From an uncultured Bacilli bacterium (GTDB lineage Bacteria > Bacillota_I > Bacilli_A > RF39 > UBA660): a DNA stretch of 64,000 bases. This document shows positions 29,589-39,770 of the stretch, piece after piece (the stretch's first letter is position 1; the number at the start of each line of letters is the position of its first letter). The position numbers were made by a program, and so were the translations under genes. The DNA is taken from NCBI GenBank assembly GCA_949439935.1, contig CASRZA010000001.1, positions 1,391-65,390 on the forward strand, given 5' to 3'. The notes below the pieces were generated by a model that saw only the letters and a list, made by a program, of their open reading frames with translations, was not told the origin of the DNA and did not search any database.

Positions 29589-29756
29589 CCTCCGTAAAAT
29601 TCAAAATACAATTTATATAGTTTAGTGCACAACTTCTGTGCACTTCATTTTTTAAAATACAAAAATTTAAATTTTAAATATAAATAAATTGTAAATACTT
29701 AAAAATGTCGAAAAATATGTTATAATAATAGTTAAAAATAGCAGTATCTTTTTAAG

Positions 29757-30584
29757 ATGGATTCTGCTTATTTTTTGAAGTATGGAGTTGACAATATGAA
29801 GTACAAATTATTAGATCTAGAATTTGGGGTTGAAGCTTGTTTAGTATATATAGATGAATATACAGATGAACTGAAAAAATTAATTGATGATAATTTTTTA
29901 GAGATTATTAAAGGTAAAATGATAGCCGAAAGGACTTCTGATAATTGTGTAACTGATACTTTAAAAGATGCAGCAAAATATATTCTTAAGAAAAATAGAA
30001 CTTCATCTGCTAAGGTTGGAATTATTGGAGAATTTTTGTTTCACTGCTTTATGCGATTAAGTGAAATTTCTTCTAGATTTTTATCTTGTTGTCCAACAAT
30101 AGGTTATAGTGATACATATCAGGGATTTTTTAAAGGATTTGATGGTTGTTATTATTATCAAGATGAAATTTGGATAACTGAAATAAAATCAAAAGAAAGA
30201 AGTATAGATTTAGATAAAGATAATAAAGAAAAATTAACTTTCGCAGCAAATCAGATAGAACAGGAAGTTAACGATGAAGATATAAATAGATGGGAAAAAA
30301 CAAAAGGATATGTATTTAGTCAATTGACAAATGAAGAGGTGGATGAAAAAAATATATATAAGTTACTAACTAAAAATAGTAAGAATAATTATAATAAAAT
30401 TTTAGGTACAATGTTAATATACGATAGTAAAGAATTTGACGTTAATTATATAAAAGGGTATTTAGATAAATTGAAAGATAAAAATGTTGTTAATCAAAAG
30501 TTATTTATTATGTGTATAAGGAATTATGATTATGACACTTTATATAATTATATTTTAATGAAGTATGGTGATTCTTACGAATGA
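29757..30584 (+). CDS. HamA-like putative PD-(D/E)xK nuclease (Hachiman-like effector)
   Basis: 275-aa protein overlapping the start of the SF2 helicase gene. Candidate D...ExK motif (YYYQDEIWITEIKSK). Assignment is by architecture, not by an alignment I could run. Confidence 0.4.
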   Translation: MDSAYFLKYGVDNMKYKLLDLEFGVEACLVYIDEYTDELKKLIDDNFLEIIKGKMIAERTSDNCVTDTLKDAAKYILKKNRTSSAKVGIIGEFLFHCFMRLSEISSRFLSCCPTIGYSDTYQGFFKGFDGCYYYQDEIWITEIKSKERSIDLDKDNKEKLTFAANQIEQEVNDEDINRWEKTKGYVFSQLTNEEVDEKNIYKLLTKNSKNNYNKILGTMLIYDSKEFDVNYIKGYLDKLKDKNVVNQKLFIMCIRNYDYDTLYNYILMKYGDSYE

Positions 30585-33015
30585 TAATATGTCTTTAAAT
30601 ATACAATTTGTAAAAGATTATATTGAGTTCTTAAAAGGTAATATTTTTAAAATTAATGGTTTATTAAATTATTCATTTTATTTATTGATAAAGAAAAAAG
30701 ATGAGTTGAGTTTAAACTTTGCCTATAGCATCATAATAAATTATACATTAAAATTTAAAGATTACAAACCTTTAATAGAATTTTCAATTATATTCGGATA
30801 TTCTCCAATATTAAATATAATATATAATAGAATTGGGATTGTAACTTCTAAAGAAATAGAAAATTTTATTGCAAATTATTATATAGAAGACAATAAATAT
30901 AACGATAAGATACTTACTTCAGGTCAAAAAGTAATGTATAAAATGATTGAATCCAAAACGGATTATTCTATTATTGCACCAACATCATTTGGGAAGACAG
31001 ATTTAATGTTAGAAAGTGCTCTTAAATCAATTGGTGACTGTATAATAATAGTTCCACTCATTGCTTTGTTGGGCCAAATTAAATTAGATTTATATCTTTT
31101 AGCTAAAAAAGAAAATTGCAAAATAAAATTAATAACGCATCATGAAATAAAAAGAAGTAATAATTATAAAAATATTTATATATTAACGCAGGAACGATGC
31201 TTTGAATTAATTAAAAGAAATAAGTTAGAAAATATTACAGATCTTTTTATAGATGAATCTCATAAATTATTGAATAGTAATGAACGCAGTTATAAATTAT
31301 CTCAAATAATTCTTCTTTTAAAAAAGAGATTTAATTGTTGTATCAAATATTATTCACCTGTCTTATATGAACCTAAATCAATTAGAATTAAAGGAGTTCA
31401 TAATAAATCATTAGAAATGGTGAATGGAATAAGAGATATGAAATGTTATCATTATTATTTTTATCATAATAACCATAAAGAAATATATATTCCTAATACA
31501 CTTAGAATGACAGAAGCATATATTTTAGATGATAAGTATTCAAGTTTTGACGAATACATATTAAAAAATTGTAAAAATAAAAATATAGTTTTTCTAAATT
31601 CTCCTAAGGATGTAGAAAAAACAGCTATTAATTTTGCAAGAAATATAAAAAATGATTTAGATATTGAATGCGATGATTTAATAGAATTTATTGGTGAAGA
31701 ATATTATATAATAGATATTATAAAAAAAGGAGTTATTTATATTCATGGGGAAATGCAAGATATAATCAAGTCATATCTATTGGATATTTATAGAAAAAAC
31801 AGAAATATAAAATACTTATTTACGAATTCAAGTATATTAGAAGGAGTAAATACTCCAAGCGACGCATTATTCATATATGACTACAGTATTGGTAGAGAAA
31901 TAATGAGGCCACAGGATTTTATTAATATACGTGGAAGAATAAATAGAATAAATGAAATAGTAAAATCCGGAGATTTAAGTAGGCTTATATGTGAAACGCA
32001 TTTTAATTGTCAGAGTGATTATAAGAAACAAAAAATAAGAAAAGAAATTATTGACCCGTGTTATGGAATTTATCATAAAGATGAAATAGATAATGAATAT
32101 TTGATCGATTATTCAAAAGAAAATAAAAGCTCAGAATTTATTTCTAGTTTAGAACAAATTAAATTGATTGATGATGAAATTGATATTAAATCTATTTTTA
32201 ATGAAGATATTAAAAATAATAAAAGTAGTATAATAAATAAATGTTTATTAAATAATATTAAATTAAATGATAATCAAGAAAAATTGTTGGAAGAAAGGAT
32301 ATCAAATTATTATGGCAAAAAGATTAATAATATAAATGAATTGTTATCTGCAATTAATACTATTTTTAAATTAAATGAATCAGATGAAATAGCAATCTCC
32401 CGTTTATCAAATGATTCTGCAAGAAATTTTTACTCTCTGTTAATACAATGGATTATTGAAGGGAAAACAATAAAAGAAAAAGCTTTAAGATTAACAAATT
32501 ATTATAGAAAAAAACCTTTTGGAGAATTAATATATGTTGGAAAAAGAGGAGATATATGTGCTGAGTTAATTAATAATAAACTGATTATCTCTCACTCGGG
32601 ATTTAGTTATTTGAAAGTTGATAAAAAAGGAAATCCAATTAAACTAAAAAAATTATGGACAATTAATAATGCAGATTTAAAGAAATTATATAATATATGC
32701 GTTATTAAATTAAAGGTAGAAGAAGATTTCATTTCGTTCAAATTAATACCATATATAGAATCTTTAGAAGATATTAATGATACAATTATTGATAAAAATC
32801 TGTATAATTTAATAAAATATAGATCTAATGATTTATTTGAAATTGAATTGATTAAGGAGGGCTTTTCTATTTATCTTGCCAGAATATTAAATAATGAAAT
32901 TTATAAAAAATATATTCATTTTTCTGATTTAGGGGTAATTATAGATTCAAAAATTCTTAATTTTTTCACTGGTAATAAAATAGTATATGAAGAATTAATA
33001 AGATATATATCATAA
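30565..33015 (+). CDS. SF2 DExH-box helicase (HamB-like)
   Basis: Motif I PTSFGKT, motif II FIDESHKLL (DESH), motif VI-like QDFINIRGRINR. ~816 aa with N- and C-terminal extensions. Confidence 0.55.
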   Translation: MVILTNDNMSLNIQFVKDYIEFLKGNIFKINGLLNYSFYLLIKKKDELSLNFAYSIIINYTLKFKDYKPLIEFSIIFGYSPILNIIYNRIGIVTSKEIENFIANYYIEDNKYNDKILTSGQKVMYKMIESKTDYSIIAPTSFGKTDLMLESALKSIGDCIIIVPLIALLGQIKLDLYLLAKKENCKIKLITHHEIKRSNNYKNIYILTQERCFELIKRNKLENITDLFIDESHKLLNSNERSYKLSQIILLLKKRFNCCIKYYSPVLYEPKSIRIKGVHNKSLEMVNGIRDMKCYHYYFYHNNHKEIYIPNTLRMTEAYILDDKYSSFDEYILKNCKNKNIVFLNSPKDVEKTAINFARNIKNDLDIECDDLIEFIGEEYYIIDIIKKGVIYIHGEMQDIIKSYLLDIYRKNRNIKYLFTNSSILEGVNTPSDALFIYDYSIGREIMRPQDFINIRGRINRINEIVKSGDLSRLICETHFNCQSDYKKQKIRKEIIDPCYGIYHKDEIDNEYLIDYSKENKSSEFISSLEQIKLIDDEIDIKSIFNEDIKNNKSSIINKCLLNNIKLNDNQEKLLEERISNYYGKKINNINELLSAINTIFKLNESDEIAISRLSNDSARNFYSLLIQWIIEGKTIKEKALRLTNYYRKKPFGELIYVGKRGDICAELINNKLIISHSGFSYLKVDKKGNPIKLKKLWTINNADLKKLYNICVIKLKVEEDFISFKLIPYIESLEDINDTIIDKNLYNLIKYRSNDLFEIELIKEGFSIYLARILNNEIYKKYIHFSDLGVIIDSKILNFFTGNKIVYEELIRYIS

Positions 33016-33065
33016 GTTATACAATTAAATACATAGCGTATTTATATATAGTTAGGAATTTAGAA

Positions 33066-33905
33066 ATGAGTGAAAAAGAATTGGATTCAAGTGTAAAGGA
33101 ATATACAGAATACAACAAATCAAACACATATATAAAACAATTACAATGGGATATGGCCATTGGCCTTCAAGAAGTTGATAATTTACATCCTTCTAAATAT
33201 TTTGAAAAACTTATAAATGATAATGTAGAAGGTAACTTAAGCATTGAAGAAGTAAAAAAAGAATTGAGAAAATACTACATTGAAAGAGAGAATAAAAATG
33301 AATTAAATCACAATGAAAAAGAATGCGACTTTGTTTCTACAAGAATAGTTGAATTATTACAGCAAGATAATTTTGAATTATCGGTCGATTACTTAAAGTA
33401 TATTCATAAATTTCTATTTCAAGACGTATACGAATTTGCTGGTGAATTTAGAAAAATAGATTTCTCTAAACACGAGAAGATATTAAATAATGATTCAGTA
33501 GCATATGGAAATTGTAGAACTTTAAAAGAATCTTTAGAATATGATTTATCTTTAGAAATTAGTAAAGACTATAATAAGATGAATCCAATCGAAGTTATTA
33601 ACAATATAACAAAGTTTTCATCTAGCATATGGCAAGTTCATCCATTCAGAGAAGGCAATACTAGAACTACTGCACTGTTTATAGAAAAATATCTAACTAG
33701 CCTCGGATATAGTGTAGATAATACCTTATTTAAAGATAAATCCGTGTATTTTAGAAATGCGTCAGTAAGAAGTAATTATTTTAATAATTATATGAATGTA
33801 AAGGAAGACTGTAGTTATTTAATTAAATTTTATGAAAATCTATTATTGGGTAAAAATAATAATTTACACTTAGAAGATTTAATTGTTAAAGAATTGTTTA
33901 ATTAA
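33066..33905 (+). CDS. Fic/DOC-family protein
   Basis: Fic core motif HPFREGNTRTTALF, a variant of HxFx(D/E)GNGRxxR. Confidence 0.65.
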   Translation: MSEKELDSSVKEYTEYNKSNTYIKQLQWDMAIGLQEVDNLHPSKYFEKLINDNVEGNLSIEEVKKELRKYYIERENKNELNHNEKECDFVSTRIVELLQQDNFELSVDYLKYIHKFLFQDVYEFAGEFRKIDFSKHEKILNNDSVAYGNCRTLKESLEYDLSLEISKDYNKMNPIEVINNITKFSSSIWQVHPFREGNTRTTALFIEKYLTSLGYSVDNTLFKDKSVYFRNASVRSNYFNNYMNVKEDCSYLIKFYENLLLGKNNNLHLEDLIVKELFN

Positions 33906-34019
33906 TTATCTCTGAAAAACTAAGTACAATTCTACAATATTTTATAAAAATAAAATATTTTCGTTACACCCCTGGACTTATCACAAATTATTTGTTATTA
34001 TATATATAGGTGATGACTT

Positions 34020-35324
34020 ATGCAAAAAAAACCACTTGCTATTGATTTATTTTGTGGAGCCGGAGGCATGAGCGAAGGACTGCTTCAAGCAGGTTTTCAC
34101 ATAATTTATTCTAATGACATTAGCAAAGATGCAATGAGAACTTACATAAATAGACATGAGCAATTGGGACTATTTCACAAAAAGAATACATTTGCAAGTT
34201 GTAAAGATATAAAAGAACTTGACGGAAAACAAATATTTAAATCAATATCTGAAATTGATGAATATAAAAATCAAGAAATAACTATTGATGCTATTTTTGG
34301 AGGTCCTCCATGTCAAGGATTTAGTCGAGCAGGCAAAAGAAATGCCAATGATCCTAGAAATCAGTTATTTAAAGAATATATTAGAATTATAAGTGAGATA
34401 AGGCCAAAATATGTTGTTATGGAAAACGTAGAAGGATTTTTAGATACTATATTTATAGGATTTATAGGATTAGATGGAATAAAATACAGTAATGAAAAGG
34501 CTCCTTTTATTTTAAAAAATGAATTTAAAAAAATTGGATATAACACTATAGAACCACAATTATTAAATGCTTCAGATTATGGTGTGCCTCAAAATAGAAA
34601 GCGAATGATTTTCATTGCCTATTTGCCATCAGTTTCAATGCCAGTATATCCATTAAAATTTAAAAGTGAAAAAATTGTACTAAAAGATGCAATTAATGAT
34701 TTAATTAATCCATCGAATAAAAGTCCATATGCTAAAGAATGTATTCAAGGCCGAACAAGAAGAATAGATGGAACTTCAGTAACATATAATAGAAGCGAAA
34801 AATTAAATAATGAAATTTCGACTCATACAGATTTAATAAATGAAAGATTTTCTTTATATAAACAGGGTGAATCTACATCGGACTTAAGAAAAAGAATTAT
34901 GCTAAATGGTGTTGACCTTTCAAAGAAAAAACACATTTTACAAGAATTAACCAAAACTTATGGAACTACAGAAGATTCAATAATAAAAAAATTTAGAAAA
35001 AAGAATCTACGTAAGGAGGATTTAGACAACTTATTAACAAAAAAAGGAATTAGAAAAAAACTCAATAATAATTTACCATCCCCTACAATGGTAACTCTTC
35101 CAGATGATTTCATTCATCCGACACAAAATAGAATATTGACTGTACGAGAAATGGCAAGAATTCAATCTTTTGATGATAGTTTTGAATTCCTAGGGAAGAG
35201 AACTACTGGAGGACCACGAAGAAAAGTTGAAGTTCCCCAGTATACTCAAGTTGGAAATGCAGTTCCTCCTTTACTCGCAAAAGCTATTGCTGAACAAATA
35301 ATTACAGCAATAAATAAATCATAA
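34020..35324 (+). CDS. DNA (cytosine-5)-methyltransferase
   Basis: Motif I DLFCGAGGMSEG, motif IV GGPPCQGFS, motif VI ENV, motif VIII QNRKRMIFIAY, motif X GNAVPP. Confidence 0.9.
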   Translation: MQKKPLAIDLFCGAGGMSEGLLQAGFHIIYSNDISKDAMRTYINRHEQLGLFHKKNTFASCKDIKELDGKQIFKSISEIDEYKNQEITIDAIFGGPPCQGFSRAGKRNANDPRNQLFKEYIRIISEIRPKYVVMENVEGFLDTIFIGFIGLDGIKYSNEKAPFILKNEFKKIGYNTIEPQLLNASDYGVPQNRKRMIFIAYLPSVSMPVYPLKFKSEKIVLKDAINDLINPSNKSPYAKECIQGRTRRIDGTSVTYNRSEKLNNEISTHTDLINERFSLYKQGESTSDLRKRIMLNGVDLSKKKHILQELTKTYGTTEDSIIKKFRKKNLRKEDLDNLLTKKGIRKKLNNNLPSPTMVTLPDDFIHPTQNRILTVREMARIQSFDDSFEFLGKRTTGGPRRKVEVPQYTQVGNAVPPLLAKAIAEQIITAINKS

Positions 35325-35346
35325 AAAAGGGCAATGCCCCTTTTTT
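35322..35346. terminator. bidirectional Rho-independent terminator (AAAAAAGGGCAATGCCCCTTTTTT)
   Basis: GC stem flanked by an A-run and a T-run, sitting between convergent genes. Confidence 0.65.
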
Positions 35347-36223
35347 ATATAGAAAAATATGAGTACTTTTCATCTAAACATTTTAATTCTTCGCTTAAAA
35401 CTTTTCTAACATTAAAATTTTGATTGCTAAAAAATACACGTGCGGGTAATTCACCAACTGACTGAGCAACCCCTGATTTTGTTTCGTAGCCCCAATAAAC
35501 TCCACCAGATAAATTAGATACTCTTTTTACAGCAACCGAATTCAGATTAAGTTTATCAAGTTTTACAGTAGGGACTGTTACAAATGAATATGAAAATTTT
35601 TTACAATCCTTAATAGAAAAATTATTTCTTCCAATGGTAATATTACTATTTTCAAAATGCTTTACTTTATAAATCATATCCCAAAGCATAGGAATTTGAG
35701 CATTATCATTCCAGTTAGTTTTGCATTGAATAATGTTAATTTCTATGTTATCAAAGTTATAGTTAATAAAATCATTTACTATACCTATTATATTTTCACC
35801 ATTGCCAAAGTAATGATCATCATAATCACCATAAAATGTGATTGCAATAATATCAGCTTCTGTATTTGATATAAAGCTTCCATAGTTCACGGTAATAGCA
35901 TCTCTGATTATTGATGGCAAAATTCCGTTAACAGGTCTCACTATTACTGTTCTACTACCAATAGAGCATAAGTTTAAATACCAACATATTAAATTTTCCC
36001 AAATTTTTCCACCGGATGAGACTGTCGATTGATTTCTTTCGTTTCCGGTTGATTTAAATATCTCTCCAAGTTGTGATCCAAGACTAGTTAATTCGTCTAT
36101 AGTTCTATTTTTAAATTTAGAATTAATTTGTTTTCTCCATTCTGGCCATACATTTGCAAAAGAATTAACAGAAAACAGATTATTAACAGCTAACTTCCGA
36201 TAATTCTCAATAAAGTCATTCAT
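35345..36223 (-). CDS. putative type II restriction endonuclease, cognate to the C5-MTase
   Basis: 292-aa gene convergent with the MTase and sharing its terminator. Possible PD-(D/E)xK elements (EADIIAI...IEINIIQCK). Assignment is by context. Confidence 0.4.
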   Translation of the reverse strand: MNDFIENYRKLAVNNLFSVNSFANVWPEWRKQINSKFKNRTIDELTSLGSQLGEIFKSTGNERNQSTVSSGGKIWENLICWYLNLCSIGSRTVIVRPVNGILPSIIRDAITVNYGSFISNTEADIIAITFYGDYDDHYFGNGENIIGIVNDFINYNFDNIEINIIQCKTNWNDNAQIPMLWDMIYKVKHFENSNITIGRNNFSIKDCKKFSYSFVTVPTVKLDKLNLNSVAVKRVSNLSGGVYWGYETKSGVAQSVGELPARVFFSNQNFNVRKVLSEELKCLDEKYSYFSI

Positions 36224-37005
36224 TTAAACCACCATCGACATTATAACACGATATAAGTAGCATACGCAATACATTGAGTTAAACTAAAAACAAAAGTATT
36301 AATACTTCTACTACCGGTATTAATTTACACATATTTTGTTTCTCAACTAATATACAATATATTAATTAGCGTAGTACAGGTTTAATAGTTTCAATCATAA
36401 CTACAGCACCATGTCAGTACTTCGTTAATAGAAGTAAAATAAAATCTGCAATTTTTAATTGTTACTTTGATTTATATAAAGAAATCTACCTAGCAGTACA
36501 CAAGAAAATTTTCTTTCATTACACCGTATTAGGTATTTATTAAAAGTCAATAACATTTTCTAACGAACTATCTTAAGTAATAAAGGAAGCAAATTATATA
36601 AAAAATTAAATCCGATAGTATATCCAAATTACGAGGAATTTAATGTTAAATACTTTTCCAAACTATTTCTTCCTTTTAATAGCGAGCGATTTAATAAATT
36701 AATTATTCCTATAAAAGAAGAAATAAAAAAAATATTAAGAAAAATAGATTCCGAAAAATCTGATAGGAATCTTAAAGAATACATTACGATATTTAATAAG
36801 GTAAATAGTATAAATAAAAAATATCAATAGTTTTAACTGCACTAATATTACTGCAACTATCTTGTTAAATATTTCTAGTACTTACAGACATTATATTGCA
36901 ATTAATCAGACATTTTCATCACTAAAATCACAGCATTTATTCCTAATTGACTTTAGACAATCCTATGATACAATATGATAGAATACGAAATAATTATATA
37001 TTCAG

Positions 37006-37037
37006 CACTAACCAATCAACTGGTTAGTGATTTTTTG
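37006..37037 (+). terminator. Rho-independent terminator in a non-coding stretch (CACTAACCA-loop-TGGTTAGTG + T6)
   Basis: Perfect 9-bp stem followed by a T-run, inside a ~1.1-kb ORF-free region. Confidence 0.5.
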
Positions 37038-37329
37038 TATTCGAGAATCTATCAAAAAAAGTACTCATTATAACAATCAAATTAATATTTTTGGTACCAA
37101 TTTATCCAAAAATCACTTTAAAAAAGTGTATACAATTGTATAACACATCCCATAGTACAGGACATCTAAAGTATACGTATGTATAACGATTAGTGAAAGT
37201 GTAAACACTACCAATGATAAAAATTCCTTTTAAAATAAGGAATCACTCACCACTGGTGAGTTGATTGCAAACAGGTTTATCCTGCTTTTATTTTGGAATA
37301 TAGAAAATTATGAATTTGATTGTTAATAT

Positions 37330-37536
37330 GTGGTACCTAAAATTACAGAAAGGAAGGTGTTTAAAATGAAGTCGAATAGAACTATACAGAAGAAGTTTAG
37401 AATAGATAGAAATACTGAAAAAGCGCTCAAGAAAATACTATCTAATAATAAAATAACATTTCAATACGTTATGGAATCTTTGCTAAGAGAATATATCTAT
37501 AAAAATATCAACGTCATCACAGATACTGATAAATGA
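37330..37536 (+). CDS. small basic protein, possible DNA-binding regulator
   Basis: 68 aa, Lys/Arg-rich. No secure family. Confidence 0.3.
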   Translation: MVPKITERKVFKMKSNRTIQKKFRIDRNTEKALKKILSNNKITFQYVMESLLREYIYKNINVITDTDK

Positions 37537-37582
37537 TGAAATCTTATGGCTGACATATTTTTGTAAGTGCGTTACAATTTAG

Positions 37583-37768
37583 ATGAAAGGCGGTAAAATG
37601 AAAAAAGTAAAAGTGAATTACATAATAACAGAAGAATTTAAAACAACTAAACCAAATCTATCAGAGAAGGAATTAAAAGAGATATTTAACAAGAAATACT
37701 TTGAGTACATTAAGAGACAAGAGACGAGACTTTTCAACAAGGATAACAAAATAAAACAAACACGATAG
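37583..37768 (+). CDS. small hypothetical protein
   Basis: 61-aa ORF with an RBS, followed by a strong terminator. Confidence 0.3.
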   Translation: MKGGKMKKVKVNYIITEEFKTTKPNLSEKELKEIFNKKYFEYIKRQETRLFNKDNKIKQTR

Positions 37769-37798
37769 CTATCAGTTTAAACATACTGATAGTTTTTT
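37769..37798 (+). terminator. Rho-independent terminator (CTATCAGT-loop-ACTGATAG + T6)
   Basis: Perfect 8-bp stem followed by a T-run. Confidence 0.6.
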
Positions 37799-38022
37799 AT
37801 TGAAATTAAAGGGGGTTAAAAATGAAAAATAATAAAAATAATGACAATAGCATAACATTTAATGGTGTTATTATGAACAATAAAATTACATTTAAAGATT
37901 TAATTTTAGAATATCTTATTAAGGAGATAAAAAATGAAGAAAATGGGCTGTAATTTATTTGAATATGCGTTATTATTGAATAGTCTTAATACCCAATTAA
38001 GTAAGAAAAGAAGGAGGTACGA

Positions 38023-39678
38023 ATGTATAATACTTACTTAACTGGTGTAGATTTCAATGTTGGAATCTACATAAGATTATCTCAAGAAGATAAGGACAAA
38101 AAATATGAATCTGATAGTGAAAGTGTAATCAATCAAAAAGAACTATTGAGAAATTATGTTAAAAATAATAACTTTAATCTAGTGAAAGAATATGTCGATG
38201 ATGGATACTCAGGTACTAATTTCGATAGACCAGGATTTCAAAATATGTTAGAAGATATAAATAACAAGAAAATAAACTGTGTTATTGTAAAAGACTTATC
38301 GAGATTAGGTAGAGATCATGTTATGACCGGTTATTATATTGAAACATTCTTTCCAGAAAACAATGTAAGATTTGTTTCTATATTAGAATCCTATGATAGT
38401 TTCAAAGATCAAGCTAGTAATGACTCATCGACATTTATAATCGCATGCAACGATTACTATAGTAAACAAAATTCTGTCAAGATTAGAAATGTTCTAAATG
38501 AGAAACGAAAGAATGGAAAGTTCGTTGGAAGTTTACCTTGTTTTGGTTATATGAGAGATTCAAACGATAAAGGACATTTAATTCCCAACCCAGAAACAGC
38601 TCCTATTGTCAAAAACATTTTTAAATGGAGAGCAGAAGGCATAGGGCCAACTGAAATAGCAAATAGGCTTAATAAAGAAAAAGTTCCTACTCCTAGTGGT
38701 TATAAGAAGACAAACTATTCATCTCGACTAATTGATAGAGACAGTTGGAACATTTCAACTGTCAAAAAAATTCTATGTAACAGAATTTATACTGGTGATA
38801 TGGTTCAACATACTCAGACGAAAGTAAGTTATAAATCGAAAAAAAAGATAGCCTTAGATGAAAAACTGTGGATAATAGTAGAAAACACCCATGAAGCATT
38901 AGTAGATAAAGATACTTTCGATTATGTTAATACTTTGAGAAAGAGAAATACTCGTAATTATGAAGTTAAGACAGGAAGAGAGAAAAGATTATTAGAAGGT
39001 AAATTATTTTGTAAAGAATGTCAAAATAGATTAACTGTTCTCTATAGAAAAAAAAGCAATTATTGGTCAGTTAATTGTAATAGATATTCAAGAGACCCTG
39101 TAAGAGGAAGATGCTACTCACATTTTTATCCTTATAATTATTTAGAAGAACAAATACTAGATCAAATAAATAATTGTGTATCTAAATTAATTAATGAATT
39201 AGATATAAACGAATTAAACAATCAAGTTGTTAAAAACGTCCATAAAGAAACTACTGATATAGATAAAGTAATTAAAGAATTGCAGATTGAAAAGGATAAA
39301 ATAACTAATAAATTAGCTATTTTATATAATGATCGATGTGATGGAGTAATTTCTGCAGACGCTTATAAGATTTTAGCAAATGAATCAGAAACTAGATTAA
39401 AACAAATTAATGAAAGTATTGAAAATGAACAAACTAAAAAGTATAAGATAAAAAATAAGAGTAGTATTTTACCAAATTACACAAAAAAAATTAAAGAGCT
39501 ACTAGATTTAAACGAACCCAAAAAAGAACTTATTGATATATTAATAGATAGAGTTATCATCAATAAAGATCGATATATTACTATAAAATATAAGTATGAT
39601 ATAGCACCCGAAACTACTTTTCAATATGAAAATAGAAATTTAGTAAGAAATCCTTTTGGTAGAAACGGCAAAAAATAA
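38023..39678 (+). CDS. large serine recombinase (resolvase/invertase N-domain + recombinase + zinc-ribbon)
   Basis: The N-terminus (VGIYIRLSQEDKDKK...VKDLSRLGRD) is the serine-recombinase catalytic domain. The C-terminus is Cys-rich (CKECQN...CNRYSRDPVRGRC). 551 aa in total. Confidence 0.9.
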   Translation: MYNTYLTGVDFNVGIYIRLSQEDKDKKYESDSESVINQKELLRNYVKNNNFNLVKEYVDDGYSGTNFDRPGFQNMLEDINNKKINCVIVKDLSRLGRDHVMTGYYIETFFPENNVRFVSILESYDSFKDQASNDSSTFIIACNDYYSKQNSVKIRNVLNEKRKNGKFVGSLPCFGYMRDSNDKGHLIPNPETAPIVKNIFKWRAEGIGPTEIANRLNKEKVPTPSGYKKTNYSSRLIDRDSWNISTVKKILCNRIYTGDMVQHTQTKVSYKSKKKIALDEKLWIIVENTHEALVDKDTFDYVNTLRKRNTRNYEVKTGREKRLLEGKLFCKECQNRLTVLYRKKSNYWSVNCNRYSRDPVRGRCYSHFYPYNYLEEQILDQINNCVSKLINELDINELNNQVVKNVHKETTDIDKVIKELQIEKDKITNKLAILYNDRCDGVISADAYKILANESETRLKQINESIENEQTKKYKIKNKSSILPNYTKKIKELLDLNEPKKELIDILIDRVIINKDRYITIKYKYDIAPETTFQYENRNLVRNPFGRNGKK

Positions 39679-39770
39679 AAAAGCAAAGTTCAAAAACTTC
39701 GATTTTCCAATTAGGTTTTATGGATTTTAAGCGATAGCAATGATATAATATATTTATCGGAAGTGATAGT

